Below, one piece after another: positions 41,758 to 54,249 of a stretch of DNA of 64,000 nucleotides; the stretch's first letter is position 1, and each line of letters begins with the position of its first letter. The DNA is taken from positions 46,624,001 to 46,688,000 of the forward strand of contig OX597823.1 of assembly GCA_951406725.2 (NCBI GenBank), given 5' to 3'. The position numbers were made by a program, and so were the translations under genes. The notes beneath the pieces are model-generated. The model saw nothing but the letters and a program-made list of their open reading frames with translations, made no database searches and was not told the DNA's origin. Origin of the DNA: Octopus vulgaris (taxonomy: Eukaryota).

Positions 41758-42184
41758 TTTGTTATTATTATCATCATTATTGTTTTTATGTATTTTTGTA
41801 TTCTTATTCGTGTAATATCGTCCGTTTTTCCGTCCTTGTTTTGTATACATTCGAGGCTTTCTTCCAAGAAATCTAATGCGCTTGGCTTAGATTTTCCTCT
41901 GGGGCTGGCCAGATCGGAGCAATCTCAAGATTAATCAGCCGAAATTGCGAGGATGATCCGGTTCTTGAAGGAAGATTAAAGGCTTCGAATGTCCCGTCCG
42001 TGTTTTTTGTATCGTCTTCTAAATGTTTTCCGTTCTTGTCTCAGTTTGTATACATATATACGACAGGCTTCTTTCAGTTTCCGTCTACCAAATCCACTCA
42101 CAAGGCATTGGTCGGCCTGGGGCTATAGCAGAAGACACTTGCCCAAGATGCCACGCAGTTGGACTGCCCAAGATGCCATGCAAG

Positions 42185-42259
<75 letters not shown>

Positions 42260-42439
42260 TATATATACATTATGTGTGCATATGTGTGTGTAGGAGGAGG
42301 AGGCGGGGAGGAGGAGGAGGAGGAGGAGAAGGAGGAGGAGAGAAAGAGTGAGAGTGATGATGAAATTATGATAAAAGTTTTGATGCTTAAATAGGAAGTA
42401 TATTATAAATAGCATTACTTATAAACCAAATTGCTGATG

Positions 42440-42745
42440 ATTTCACTGAGCCTGTGTTTCTAAATTTTCTTATCAAATCCCGCACAATGTCACAATGTGG
42501 ATCAACAGTATTTGGAAAAGTTTCACTGAACTTCTGTTTCACAGTATCTGTGTATTTGCTTCCAGCTCAAAACACCCATTCAGCTAAAAGCGTACGTTCT
42601 TCAATCCTTAGCATGTCGACACGGTGAAGGGTACACAATGACTGAGGGACAAGGGCTGACAACAAGCCGCCCACTCATTGATTGTCAAGTTGCGCATGCG
42701 CAGGATGAAAAGAATTCACCGCAGAGAGGCTTTTTGAACATCATG
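42440..42745 (-). pseudogene. Tc1/mariner-superfamily 5' end with transposase N-terminus (ATG 42614, in-frame stop)
   Basis: TA-CATGATGTTCAAAAAG TIR-like end; MLRIEERTLLAEWVF*AGSKYTDTVKQKFSETFPNT..PHCDIVRDLIRKFRNTGSV resembles the HTH of maT/rosa-type transposases (KFxxTGSV). Confidence 0.75.
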
Positions 42746-43150
42746 TATTTAAACCCTTATTTTTTCTGTAAAACATATTCTCATATTAAATGAGTCATCT
42801 TCCGGTACGAATGTTTACGTTTTGTACTTCATTTTTCAACAAAAAAAATTCTAAAAAATTACTCATGTAATTTACGCACCTACTAAAGTTTAGTTTTTAT
42901 TTTTGCGTAGGAAAGTGCATAAATTACATGGGTTTTTACTGTTTAGTCGCTGGCCTGGTTGTACGGTTAGAAAGTTCGTTTCGTAACCAACATATTTACC
43001 GGTTCGTTACCACTGTGCGGTACTTTGGACATGTCTTTTGTATTATAGTTCCGGGACAGCTAATACATTGCGCATGAATTTGGAAGAGGGAAATTACACG
43101 AAAACACGAATACACACACACGTATACATACATACATACATACATACATA

Positions 43151-43194
<44 letters not shown>

Positions 43195-43440
43195 GTAGGA
43201 TAAAATTTTTTTCGGAAAAAATTCTTTTCCCCAAAAATTTTATCAATGGCCAGCATATTAAAAAATACCTTTAAAGGTTAAATTCATAAACAATTCATAA
43301 ATAAGAGCAAACGAAAAAAATTTCAATGCCAAATATGCCGAAAAATTGGACATGTTGTCCATAAACCATTAAGTTTTTCACAATCCGCACGCTACTCGAA
43401 ATAAGGTCGACAGAAATTTCTAAAAATTCCATTATTACCA

Positions 43441-43493
43441 TATCGGACCGATTTCAGGGTTAGCTTATAACAGCCCTCCCTTCGTCAGTGATA
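43441..43493 (-). ncRNA. Type I hammerhead, left arm of the palindrome
   Basis: Exact reverse complement of the motif at 43533-43585. Confidence 0.65.
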
Positions 43494-43532
43494 CATGTGG
43501 CATAAGAAATAAATGAATTCTTATGCCACATG

Positions 43533-43585
43533 TATCACTGACGAAGGGAGGGCTGTTATAAGCTAACCCTGAAATCGGTCCGATA
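43533..43585 (+). ncRNA. Type I hammerhead, right arm of the palindrome
   Basis: tatca-CTGACGA-aggg..ggct(gttata)agct..ccct-GAAA-tcgg-TC-cgata: canonical core, GUC site, stem III near-palindrome ATCGGT (cf. ACCGGT). Confidence 0.65.
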
Positions 43586-43736
43586 TGGTAATAATGGAAT
43601 TTTTTAGAAATTTCTGTCGACCTTATTTCGAGTAGCGTGCGGATTGTAAAAAACTTAATGGTTTATGGACAACATGTCCAATTTTTCGGCATATTTGGCA
43701 TTGAAATTTTTTTCGTTTGCCCTTATTTATGAATTG

Positions 43737-43804
<68 letters not shown>

Positions 43805-45254
43805 CATTCACACGCACAGTCACACATATATATATACATACACGCAGATATACACATTGTGTGTACGTATGTGTCTTTGTCTTTATCTGTCACTGCTGGA
43901 CAACCAATGATGGCTTCCTTACCTCCGTAATTTAGTATTTGGTCCAAAAGAAATTGATAGAATAAGTACAAAGCTTCACAGAATAAATACTGAATAAATT
44001 TTATATTGAATAACCGTTCAAGCTTGTGCCCCAGCACGGCTACAGTCCAGTGGCCGAAAGACAAACGATTAAAAGGATAGAAGGCAATTTGTCAGCAGCA
44101 TTTTTTATAAATAAATGATACGAACGTAAAATTACCGCCCCATTTTATTGCCTTCCATCTCGCCATGTTGCATGGGATAAAGATCGCAGTTACTTATAAA
44201 TTATCTGAAACGAATTTTTTCCATACATGTTAAAAGAAAATACTCGAATTGAGCAAATATTAAGAAAAAGGGAGAGAAATTACTTTCCCAGTCTCGTGGT
44301 TTGTGGTTTCTCAATATAATTCTTTTGCTTTGAGATGAAATGGTAGTCTCTACTTGGTCGCTAAAAATGTTAGCGATAATAGCCGAATTCTCTGAAATAA
44401 CACGTTATCATTGATGGAAGGATATTTTGACCAATGTAGTTCAAGATATGAAATAAAGACGAAACAATTTTAATTGAAATATATCTCTTCATAAGTCTAC
44501 TCGTCAGGAATCGATCTGAGGTTAAGTAACAACAAATTTTTATTAGGTTTGGATAGGTTTTATTTTGTTATAATTTTTTAATAATAATTGTTATAATTTA
44601 TTGACTGGAACAAGATCGAAACAACTCCAGTAATCTTTCTCCTACCCTTCATTTTTCACTCACTCTTGCTAGACTTAGAGAAACTGTATTAAGCGGTTAT
44701 GCATTCGGTCAACTTGTAGTTTCAAAGTTGATGTTTCTCTTAAGGCCACAATACTTATTCGTGTTATGAGAAGACACCTAGGAATATTTTACAATCCATT
44801 GTACTTCAAGCAAGGAAATAAACCGATTTCTCTGGAAATTTATATTCAATAGAATATAATTCCGAGTAAAATAATAAAATGTTCATAGTAATGACATAGT
44901 CTTAAAATGCTAAATTTTTATGGGCTCCAGTCTAGAGCTAACTATGTTATACGAGCTACCTCCGGGAATTGAAATAATGTTAATTAGATTATCTGTAATT
45001 CCTACTTTGGTTGATTTAATGATATTCTGATATGAAAATTGAGGATTCTCATCACCTTATTAACTCTTCAAAGATTTTAGTTTACTGGATCAAAGGTGAT
45101 CACTCTGTTTTATTTTCAGTGTGTTTCTTAACAGATATCATGGCTTCGGGCGTTGAGTTTCCGGTGAACCTTGATATAAATGATTGTAGTGTGTGCGGGC
45201 GTGTTTGCGTGCCTGCCGCGCGTGTGTGTGTCTGCCGTGTGTGTGTATGTGGGC

Positions 45255-45291
<37 letters not shown>

Positions 45292-45769
45292 CGCGCGCGC
45301 GTGTGTGTATGTGTGTGTGTGTGTGTGTGTGCGTGCGTGTGTGTGTGTGTGTGCTTTCGTGTGAGGTGTTGTTCAGAAACATACACAAAAACAGTATTAA
45401 CAAGGTGTCATATTTGAAATTATCACTTGAATATACTAATGCAATTTATATTATTCTAAGCTAGTTAATTAATGAGTGATCATAGAAGCTGAAAACATTA
45501 AACAATCCAAAATCTTTGTGAACTTCTGAGATGTGGAACAATGAGAGAGATAACTAGCTTTACTTACAATGTTTCTCGACTGAACAAAGGTATGATGCAC
45601 TGGTATACACATATACATATAAAAATACAGAAATTCATATACCCTACTCCGTACACACACATACTGTTGCTCACTACGTATTATATATCTGTTCACATAA
45701 AAAATGTATTTCGTGTTAAAATTATCCTTGGGTTGGTTCCACCTTGTCACTATATCGAATTAGTGAAAA

Positions 45770-46480
45770 CGTGTGGCTTAATTGTTAGAGCATTTGTCTC
45801 ATGATCTTAAAATCGTGAGTTCGATATTTGGAAATGCATTGTGTCACTCAGCAAGACACTTTATTTCCTATGGCCACAATCCACTTGTTTCGAAAAAATA
45901 AGAAGCAGTTGTATCTCGAAGAGCCAGCCTTAACACATCCTGTGTCACACTTAATCTCCTTGAGAACTACTTTAAGGGTACACGCGTCTGAACTGGCAGA
46001 TATGTTAGCACGCCGGGCGAAATGCTTAGCAGTATTTCGTCTGCCGTTACGTTCTGAGTTCAAATTTCGCCGAGGTCGACTTTGCCTTTCATCCTTTCGG
46101 GGTTGATAAAAGTAAGTACCAGTTACGCACTGGGATCGATATAATCGACTTAATCCGTTTGTCTGTCTTTGTTTGTCCTCTCTGTGTTTAGCCCCTTGTG
46201 GGTAATAAAGAAATAGGTATTTCGTCTGCCGTTACGTTCTGAGTTCAAATTTCGCCGAGGTTGACTCTGCCTTTCATCCTTTCGGGGTTGATAAAAGTAA
46301 GTACCAGTTACGTACTGGGATCGATATAATCGACTTAATCCGTTTGTCTGTCTTTGTTTGTTCTCTCTGTGTTTAGCCCCTTGTGGGTAGTAAAGAAATA
46401 GGTACACGTGTCTGAACTATTCAGCCACTTGCATCTTAATTTCGTGAGGAGGATTCCTTTGTCGTCGTAACCGACGGAGC
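45770..46480 (+). mobile_element. tRNA SINE (tail type 2) interrupted by a family A dimer (45995-46400)
   Basis: TSD GGTACACG(C/T)GTCTGAACT at 45977-94 and 46401-18; the host SINE resumes and ends GTCGTAACCGACGGAGC. Confidence 0.85.
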
Positions 46481-46944
46481 GCTGGTTCATATTGGATTAC
46501 ATTTCTCGATCACTTGGAGGTATGTAGGAAGTCCTGGTTAGATTATGTTTCACTAAAAACGCTTACGTACTATGGACCTGGAATAGATATTGAGTATATC
46601 CTGAGACTTTAGGTGATGGATATATCAGTAGCTAAGGTAGTAGAGAGTTTAGAGCCTCCATTTGAAAACGAGCACAGGTGAGCCAGGTAGCGACGCTTGA
46701 AATCATATGAAAACTTCCTCATATCTGCATGCCTGCCTGCCTGCCCCATTCATTTAAGATTTATTTAAATGTCGAACTTGTTCTTTTGTCCTTCTTGACT
46801 GCATCTTTTACCGATGCGATGGATTTTTCTATTCTATACGTGCAAATATAAATTTTAAAGATCGAGCGTTTTGTATTTGTGTCATTACATTAAGTGTATC
46901 AGCATTCACTTGATTATATAACGGTCCGGATGTTGTGTGCATGA

Positions 46945-46983
<39 letters not shown>

Positions 46984-47318
46984 ACCTTAATTGTATGTAA
47001 TTAATAATATTATTCTTACCATCAAAATCTGTCTTGAGTCTTATTTTAAAAAAAGGTTTCTATTTTATGACAGCTATAAGCAGACGAACATGCGCACCAA
47101 CAACGCACGCGCGCACACACATACATACAGACACACACAATGCACTTACATACATAACATGCACATATGTTTATACATATACATACGCAAATATATATGT
47201 TTTGGTGTAAATATGGTTATCTAACTGTTATTTTTAATACGTTCATGCTGGTAGATGTAATACAATATCAGTCATAATAGACACATTTTTCATATATATA
47301 TATATATATGGATGGATG

Positions 47319-47353
<35 letters not shown>

Positions 47354-47480
47354 TTATATCAAAGCAATTAACATAGCAGTTTTGCACGGAGAGCAGTAAT
47401 ATGGCAAATTACCTTATCATATAGGATGAAATGATTGTGGATTAATAATGGTTAAATACATCGTCTGTGAGTATGAAATT

Positions 47481-47685
47481 CCTCCTCTTACCGCTGGAAA
47501 TTTAAATCTTCACTACGGATTAATTCACCTTTTCTGTGAAGCTAATAAGTTTTTAAAAACCTGTGATAAGTCTGTGCATCCTCCTTCTCATATCTCTGGA
47601 AATTTAAATCTACACTATGGATTAATTCATCTTCTCTTCGACACTAATAAGTTTTTAAAAATCTGTGATAAGACTGTGCATCATC
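47481..47685 (+). repeat. ~102-bp tandem duplication just upstream of a hammerhead
   Basis: CTGGAAATTTAAATCT.CACTA.GGATTAATTCA...CTAATAAGTTTTTAAAAA.CTGTGATAAG.CTGTGCATC occurs twice. Confidence 0.9.
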
Positions 47686-47798
47686 ATTAAGGAACTTTGG
47701 AAAACTGTTTACAACCTATATCTGCCTTTAATGGAATTATCTCCAATATTTCATGAGTATAACCTCACCCACTAAGATGTCTAGAGAACTCATATGTA

Positions 47799-47889
47799 TT
47801 TTAGCTGATGAGTACGGGACACTTTTATCTGCTGCAATTTTTGCAACTTGTAATAAAGCCTGTCTTTGTATGAAACAATTGTACTAAAA
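47799..47889 (+). ncRNA. Type I hammerhead ribozyme with canonical core
   Basis: ttttag-CTGATGA-gtacgggaca...tgtctttgtat-GAAA-CAATTG-TA-ctaaaa: perfect 6-bp stem I, long stem II, palindromic ACAATTGT stem III, GUA site (cleavage after 47883). Confidence 0.85.
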
Positions 47890-48739
47890 ACTAATCCATT
47901 CTTGTTGCTTCTTTCTCGTATATATCTTTATATATATATAATCGCTAACATAAAAAAGTGAATCGATAGAGTGAGTACCATCATACATAAAAGAATTCAA
48001 TAGGTACCTCTGAGTCTAATAGAAAAGCACAACATAATCACAGAAAATAAACACACACTAAACAGGAAATCTGAGATTATCTCAAACTACAAACACGAAA
48101 ATAAATTCATCTTCAAAAATTCTATGATATTCAAAACTAATAAAGCAAATTTCAGGTACATACACATATTGACACATACCTACCCAAATATATAAGCACC
48201 ACACCCTACACAAATAGAACACATAGTCACACAAAATTTGGGAGTGACGCGAATCGAACTACAAACCACCAACTCTGGTTATACGTACAGTATACAACAT
48301 GTGCACATACACAAAGATAAATAACAAGCTTTTTTATCAAAACATACATAGATACAAACATGCACTCTCAGATGTAAACTAACGCACCATTAACTGATAC
48401 AATAGGCCAAATGAAATAAAAAAATGTGCGAGCATCCACATATACGCGCACACACACACATAGAGTATGTCTTTATGCACTTTACTCGTGACGAAAATCA
48501 AGACAAAACACACTTTAGCAATGGTACTCACAAGAAATCACTGCTAGGAACCCCAGTCCTTTTTCTGAGGTGTGAGGTAGACTTAACTGGGGGATAAACA
48601 ACTTTAATTAGTCCAACAAATGAATTCCATATTCCCCCAGAAACTCAATAAAAATAAATAATATAAAATAGAACTATCCAAAATGCAAAATGCGCTTACA
48701 CACACAACACATGCGCGCGCACACACGCACGCACACACG

Positions 48740-48777
<38 letters not shown>

Positions 48778-49849
48778 AACACACACACACACGAACAAAC
48801 AAACACAAACTGGTCTTTAAACCTTGACCAACATTAAATGAAGATGTTTGTTTTGTGGTCGAGTCTGTTTCTGTCATTGGACGGGGATGTTTATGGAAGA
48901 ATTGACCAAGAGACAAACTACTCTAATTAGTTTAACAGATAAATTCAGTATCGTCCCCCCCCCATCCACGAACCTAATAAAAATGAAAATAAAACTACAG
49001 ATCAATATAGAAACATCTAAATCGACACACAAGGAAAAATCTTTAAATCACTTAACCTTGACCAAAACAAAATTCAAAATACACATTTGCACAGCTACTC
49101 ATAAGAAACCATCCATGTATGAATACTAATATCAATATCCATGAAATACGAAACATATTTCCAATGAAGGAAATGCACAGATCAAGAAGCAGCATAATAA
49201 ATTTAAAACAACAATACAGAAACAACACAATAAAAACAAATATTTGTCCACTCAAGAACCCGCCCCCCCCTCCCAGCTAATCAACAAATGCTGTAAAGAT
49301 ACACCATCAGATATAAAAAATTATCCTACATCGGGCTATATGAGTTTTCTCCTAAATAGCGCAATGGTGTGATATCGAGTCACGAGATAAATATTCTGCT
49401 TACTTCAACAATACTCTCTGCTGCATGTGTTGAGTATTCCTTCGTTCATTAAAATAACTGTTTTTTTCCAGATGTTCTGAAAGAACTCCGTAGTTTTCCA
49501 CAAAAAAACTTAACTAAAAATTGCACACAACCGAATTTAACCTACTATAGGGCATGAAGCGCAATTTCTGATTTTCCGGTTTATCGCATGCTCAACCGAA
49601 CACGCACACACATATACAAGTGCGATGTAACTTAGTTCGACCAATTGTCTCTTGACAGCCACAATAGTTGAAAGACGTGTCATTATATACTGTCTTTAAA
49701 TTTTCTCGCATTTTTCAACAAATGCTTATTGCAATCTAGATTTTCTTCCTAATAATTTGAACTGAAGTTTAAAATTTTCCTATATTTTAAATGTCTTATT
49801 TTTTACGAAAACGCTGCTTCCACATATTTTGGCAAACCAGGAAGTATTA

Positions 49850-49911
<62 letters not shown>

Positions 49912-50656
49912 TATATGTATGTATGAAAATTGCAGTTTAGTGCCACCATCCGACTTTACATTTAACTTCAATAATAATGCACCTTATTTTAAAATTCATT
50001 TTTGCGGTTTCGTGCGTAAATTAAATATAGAGTAACTGACCACATATGAGCGTTTATAGATAGATATACACATAAACACACATATATGTATATACTTATA
50101 TATTATTTATATTATTATATGATTGAACGTCACGCATCCTCTTCCAAGTAAGTTTTATCTTAATTCTGTTGCGCTCTAAACGATCTTTTTACTCTTACGT
50201 TTTTCTTTCTTTCTGTCTCTTATTCTTTTACCTCCTCTTCTCCCACTATTCTATCCTATTACTCTGTCACTCTCTGTCACTCACTCCTCCTCCCTTGCAC
50301 CCATGGCTCCCACGTGATCATCAGCCATATACGTAGATAGACATACATACATCCACACACATATACCTATATACACACATAAATACACACACACATACAT
50401 ATATCTGTGTGTGTGTTCGTGTGCGTGTGTGTGTGTGTGCCGCATATATGCCTTAAGTTGTTTCAGTTAAATCTGAAAATGTTGACGAAATAAGCTGTCG
50501 GTTAACTCTTAGCGACAAGAAAATTTAAATTCATAGATATGTCAGTGATATTCACACACATAGTGTTTCTTCTAGAGGGCATGCAGAAACAATTTCAGTT
50601 CGAATAACTTTTATTTACCTTACAGCCGCAGAAGATTCTGTCGTACTTTATATACA

Positions 50657-51057
50657 TCTCTATATATATAAACGGCAGTTTGTCTGTCTGTGTGGCTGTC
50701 AGGTTGTACCCTCACCCTGACCACGGCTTTCAACCGATTCTGATGAAACTTGACACACACATAGCCCAACATCATAATTCAAAACTAACGCAGCGAAAAT
50801 TTTGAAAATTTCCCCCAGTTCTGAAAAAAAATCGATAAATTCGACATGGGGTCGAGAATCTAAGCTTTTTATATGCAACACATTTTCTGTCGGGAGACAG
50901 CTAGGAACATCGTATACATAGAAGTATTAGAGTGAAGAGAAGACATTGCAACCTACACATGCGCCTTCGTTCCCTAGAGGGAAAGAACTAGATTGGGATT
51001 AGTCGTTGCCTACTAGGGGCTCTTACATACCCGGGCAACGCCGGGCTATGCTGCTAG
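50657..51057 (+). mobile_element. Non-autonomous Helitron, ~400 bp
   Basis: A|TC start with TCTCTATATATATA..(GTCT)n; 3' hairpin CCCGGGCAACGCCGGG (51030-45), then CTAG|T; no TSD. Confidence 0.85.
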
Positions 51058-52867
51058 TCCAGTTATAAAAACACAACTTTGTCCCTTGTATAAAATATGT
51101 TTATTTTAATACATTTCTTATAACTTGCTTTAATTTTTGTCCATTTTATATTAATTTATGTTTCCAACATTATATTAATTTATGTTTCTGCAAGCATTTC
51201 CTTTATGGAGCTTTTGTTTTGTCTATAGAAATCAATATATGATGAACCTGAAGTCTTTAATTTTCATATGTACTTCCAGTATTTATTTATTTTATTCTCT
51301 TGTTACTAAAAAAACAACATACGATTTAGAACCTATAAAATACAGTTATATATATATTCTTTCTCAGCAGTTTATGTTTTCAGAGAACATCAATATAACC
51401 AATTCTTCCTTTTCGTCCCATTTATACCATTCTGCTAATTTTTTATGGTTCGTTGATACAAATAAATCAATAAAACTTACAACTGTAATTTCATAAGCCA
51501 ATGCCTCCCCAAAGTTTCTGGTAACTTTGTATAGTTAATACTATTTTTTAATGATTCACTCATGCCATATATTTCCCAGACTCATCAGTTTGTCATTTCT
51601 ACAAATTTTATGTTATACCAAATCAACTTCCTTTTAATTTACCACACCATTCATTTGATTCAAGAGTGTTGTCTTTAAATTTGTTTTCTTTATTTTTGTA
51701 CAATTTTTTTTGTGACTAACATTAGAATCTTCCGTTTTACTCGCAAAAATAAATCTTCCTTAGTCTGAGCAATCTTGAAGCTGTGAATTTTGTCATCATT
51801 CACAATATTTATTTCTTCAAGACATAGAAACAGTATACACTTTTCTTCTGACATTTTCATTATGTTAAGTAGAATTTCTCTTTTCTTTCAAACACCCTTT
51901 TACTTCTGATAAAAACCGAAATTTGTCTCACTTTGGTATCATGCCTTCTTGCAGCTTAATTTTCTTTCCTATAAGTGAGCATGAAATCAACCAAACTGGA
52001 GTGTTTTACCTCTGTTACTCCCTCTATACCGTTCTTAGTTAGGGAAGCGTGTGGGCGATTTATCATATTTATTTTGTCACATTAAATTTCACTGTTTAAT
52101 AAAACCCCTCACGCTGTATATTAAAGACACCAGTTAATTCATTTAGTGACGGGAATCAACAAAACTTAGAGCATACATAAATATAATGATTTCTTCCTTT
52201 GCTTGTTGTAGTTTTTTATCGCCTCGGCAGAGGAATAATAACGAAGAGAGTGGATACAATAAATATCTTGAATTTCTAACCGTAGTTTATTGTTTAAAAT
52301 ATTCCAAGTATTCATTCAAGCTCTTGAATGTTTTTGGATATTATAATAATGAAGCCATGTTATTAACTTTGGTAGCTTCTCAACTTCTTGTTGTGTGTCT
52401 CTGTCAATAACAACACTGTTGTGAAATTATATCCATTTACTATTAATTAGATTGCGGAAGTTTCCAAATATTACAGCTGATAAGGCCTGTTGCTCAGTGC
52501 AATAGAAGTAACCAGCAAAATCTACTCTTCGTTTAGTAACAATAATAAAAATGGGTGGAATATCTATAAACCTTTTAATTGCTCTTGTGCTAACTCCTTG
52601 GTGCTTTTTGAGTCGTCTAGAGAAAGCAATTACTTCACACCACCGAGGCGATCTTGAAACATCTTTTTTCATATTTCATATGTTGGTTCTACAGAGAAAA
52701 ATTCTCTCTCTAAACACTCTAAAAAATGTCGACCTCAACCCCAGATGATTTTGAAATACTAATATAATAAATGCAGAATCTAATTTCCGTGTGTCAGTGT
52801 GTCACACTTCGACCTCCTCTCTCACTATTCATTGACACTCTTACTCGGTGAGGACGGTGGCGAAGAC

Positions 52868-52904
<37 letters not shown>

Positions 52905-53499
52905 GAGAGAGAGAGAGAAACGGAGATACAGAGAAAGAAAAGAGAGGTAGGAAAAGAGAGACAAAGAAATTTAGGGAGAGTTGATGATGTTTTTATTAAA
53001 AGTAGTAGTGTTAATGGTGGCAGTGGGAGTAATAATAAGAGAGAGAGACAAAGAGTGGGTATGTGAGAGAAAGAGGAACTGAACACTGAACTAACACATA
53101 CATTTAGCCTTTTTTGTGATGGTAATGGGGTGATAGCAATAGTATGAGTTGTTGTTGTGATAGAGGCGGAGGCGGCGGTGATGATAGTGGTGATGGTGGT
53201 AGCCGAGGCTCTGAGGGATGAAGTGAGAGTAAGCGATGTGAAAGAGAGCGGTGATGGTGATGGAGGGGAAGGCGGAGAAGTCAAAGGTATTGATGGCAGT
53301 GGCGTCAGAAGTCTGAATGGTCTGTGTATGGCAGATGTGGTGGCGATGGTGGTGGTACTGTTGCTGATGATGCAGCTTTGCAATAAGTTCAAAGTCGACA
53401 AATTATATCATTGTTTTCATGAAAATTGTTCATTGCTTAAGTCCCCTGCGAGTCAGTAAGTCTTTTTTTTTTTTACTTTATACTACATAGGACCTAAAG

Positions 53500-54215
53500 T
53501 ATTCCACATATCTGATCACTGTAAGTTGTGTGCCTGCCCTGAAAAACAATTGATAGGTGTCTTTTATCCTCGTTTATGATCACGTACTCAGACATCTTTA
53601 CATTGAGAAGCGAGCAGTATCATTCTCAGAGGATATTAATAAATCTTATGAATCTCTCACTTGCTGACTCGTGAATGCAATATCATCGGTATAGTGGAAG
53701 TCAGAAAAAGGCGGTGGGCTGGCAGAAATGTTAGCACGTCGGGCGAAATGCTTTGTGGTATTTCGTCTACCGCTACGTTCTGAGTTCAAACTCCGCCGAG
53801 GCCGACTTTGCCTTTCATTCTTTCGGGGTCGATTAAATAAGTACCAGTTACGCACTGGGGTCGATATAATCGACTTAATCCGTTTGTCTGTCCTTGTTTC
53901 TCCTCTCTGTGTTTAACCCCTTGTGGGTAGTAAAGAAATAGGTATAGTGGAAGTCAGAGATACAGGATCTGCTAATGTCTTGATTGATAAGAAGGCTTTG
54001 CGCTGGACAGCCTTGAGACGTTGTCCAAGGATGTAGTCTATTACAAACACACAAAGTAAAGGAGATAATGTGTCTCTGAAGGATTGCTGCTGTTATTGTT
54101 GGAAGCGCTATAGTTGAAACGTGTGTGCTTTGTACGGATTTTCGTACATGATGTTGATGGCTTTGACAATCTCACCTGGGTTACTGAAGTTCAACAGAAT
54201 ATGTATATGTCATAT
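53500..54215 (-). pseudogene. RTE-clade LINE reverse transcriptase remnant (downstream RT domains)
   Basis: Minus strand: HILLNFSNPGEIVKAINIMYENP, ILQR/DTLSPLLCVFVIDYIL (QGD region), SDFHYTDDIAF (YADD region); split by a SINE. Confidence 0.8.
53709..53940 (+). mobile_element. SINE family A, young, 18-bp TSD
   Basis: TSD GGTATAGTGGAAGTCAGA at 53688-705 and 53941-58. Confidence 0.9.
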
Positions 54216-54249
54216 CTGATTGCAGAGTTTTTTTTATGCAAATGCTCTC

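Larger units (their letters stand above)
43290..43737. repeat. Near-perfect palindrome with ~220-bp arms and a 9-nt spacer
   Basis: 43290-43508 is the reverse complement of 43518-43737; I count two mismatches and one 1-nt indel. Confidence 0.95.

Noticed and set aside
42861-42933. 19-bp imperfect inverted repeat
   Set aside because: Too short and without a clear TSD; at most a tiny MITE remnant.
51560-51598. Minus-strand CTGATGAGTCTGGGAAATATAT
   Set aside because: Stem II is too short and stem I cannot form; probably chance.
51100-52750. AT-rich stretch suggestive of an old LINE on the minus strand
   Set aside because: No unambiguous RT or endonuclease motif could be read.
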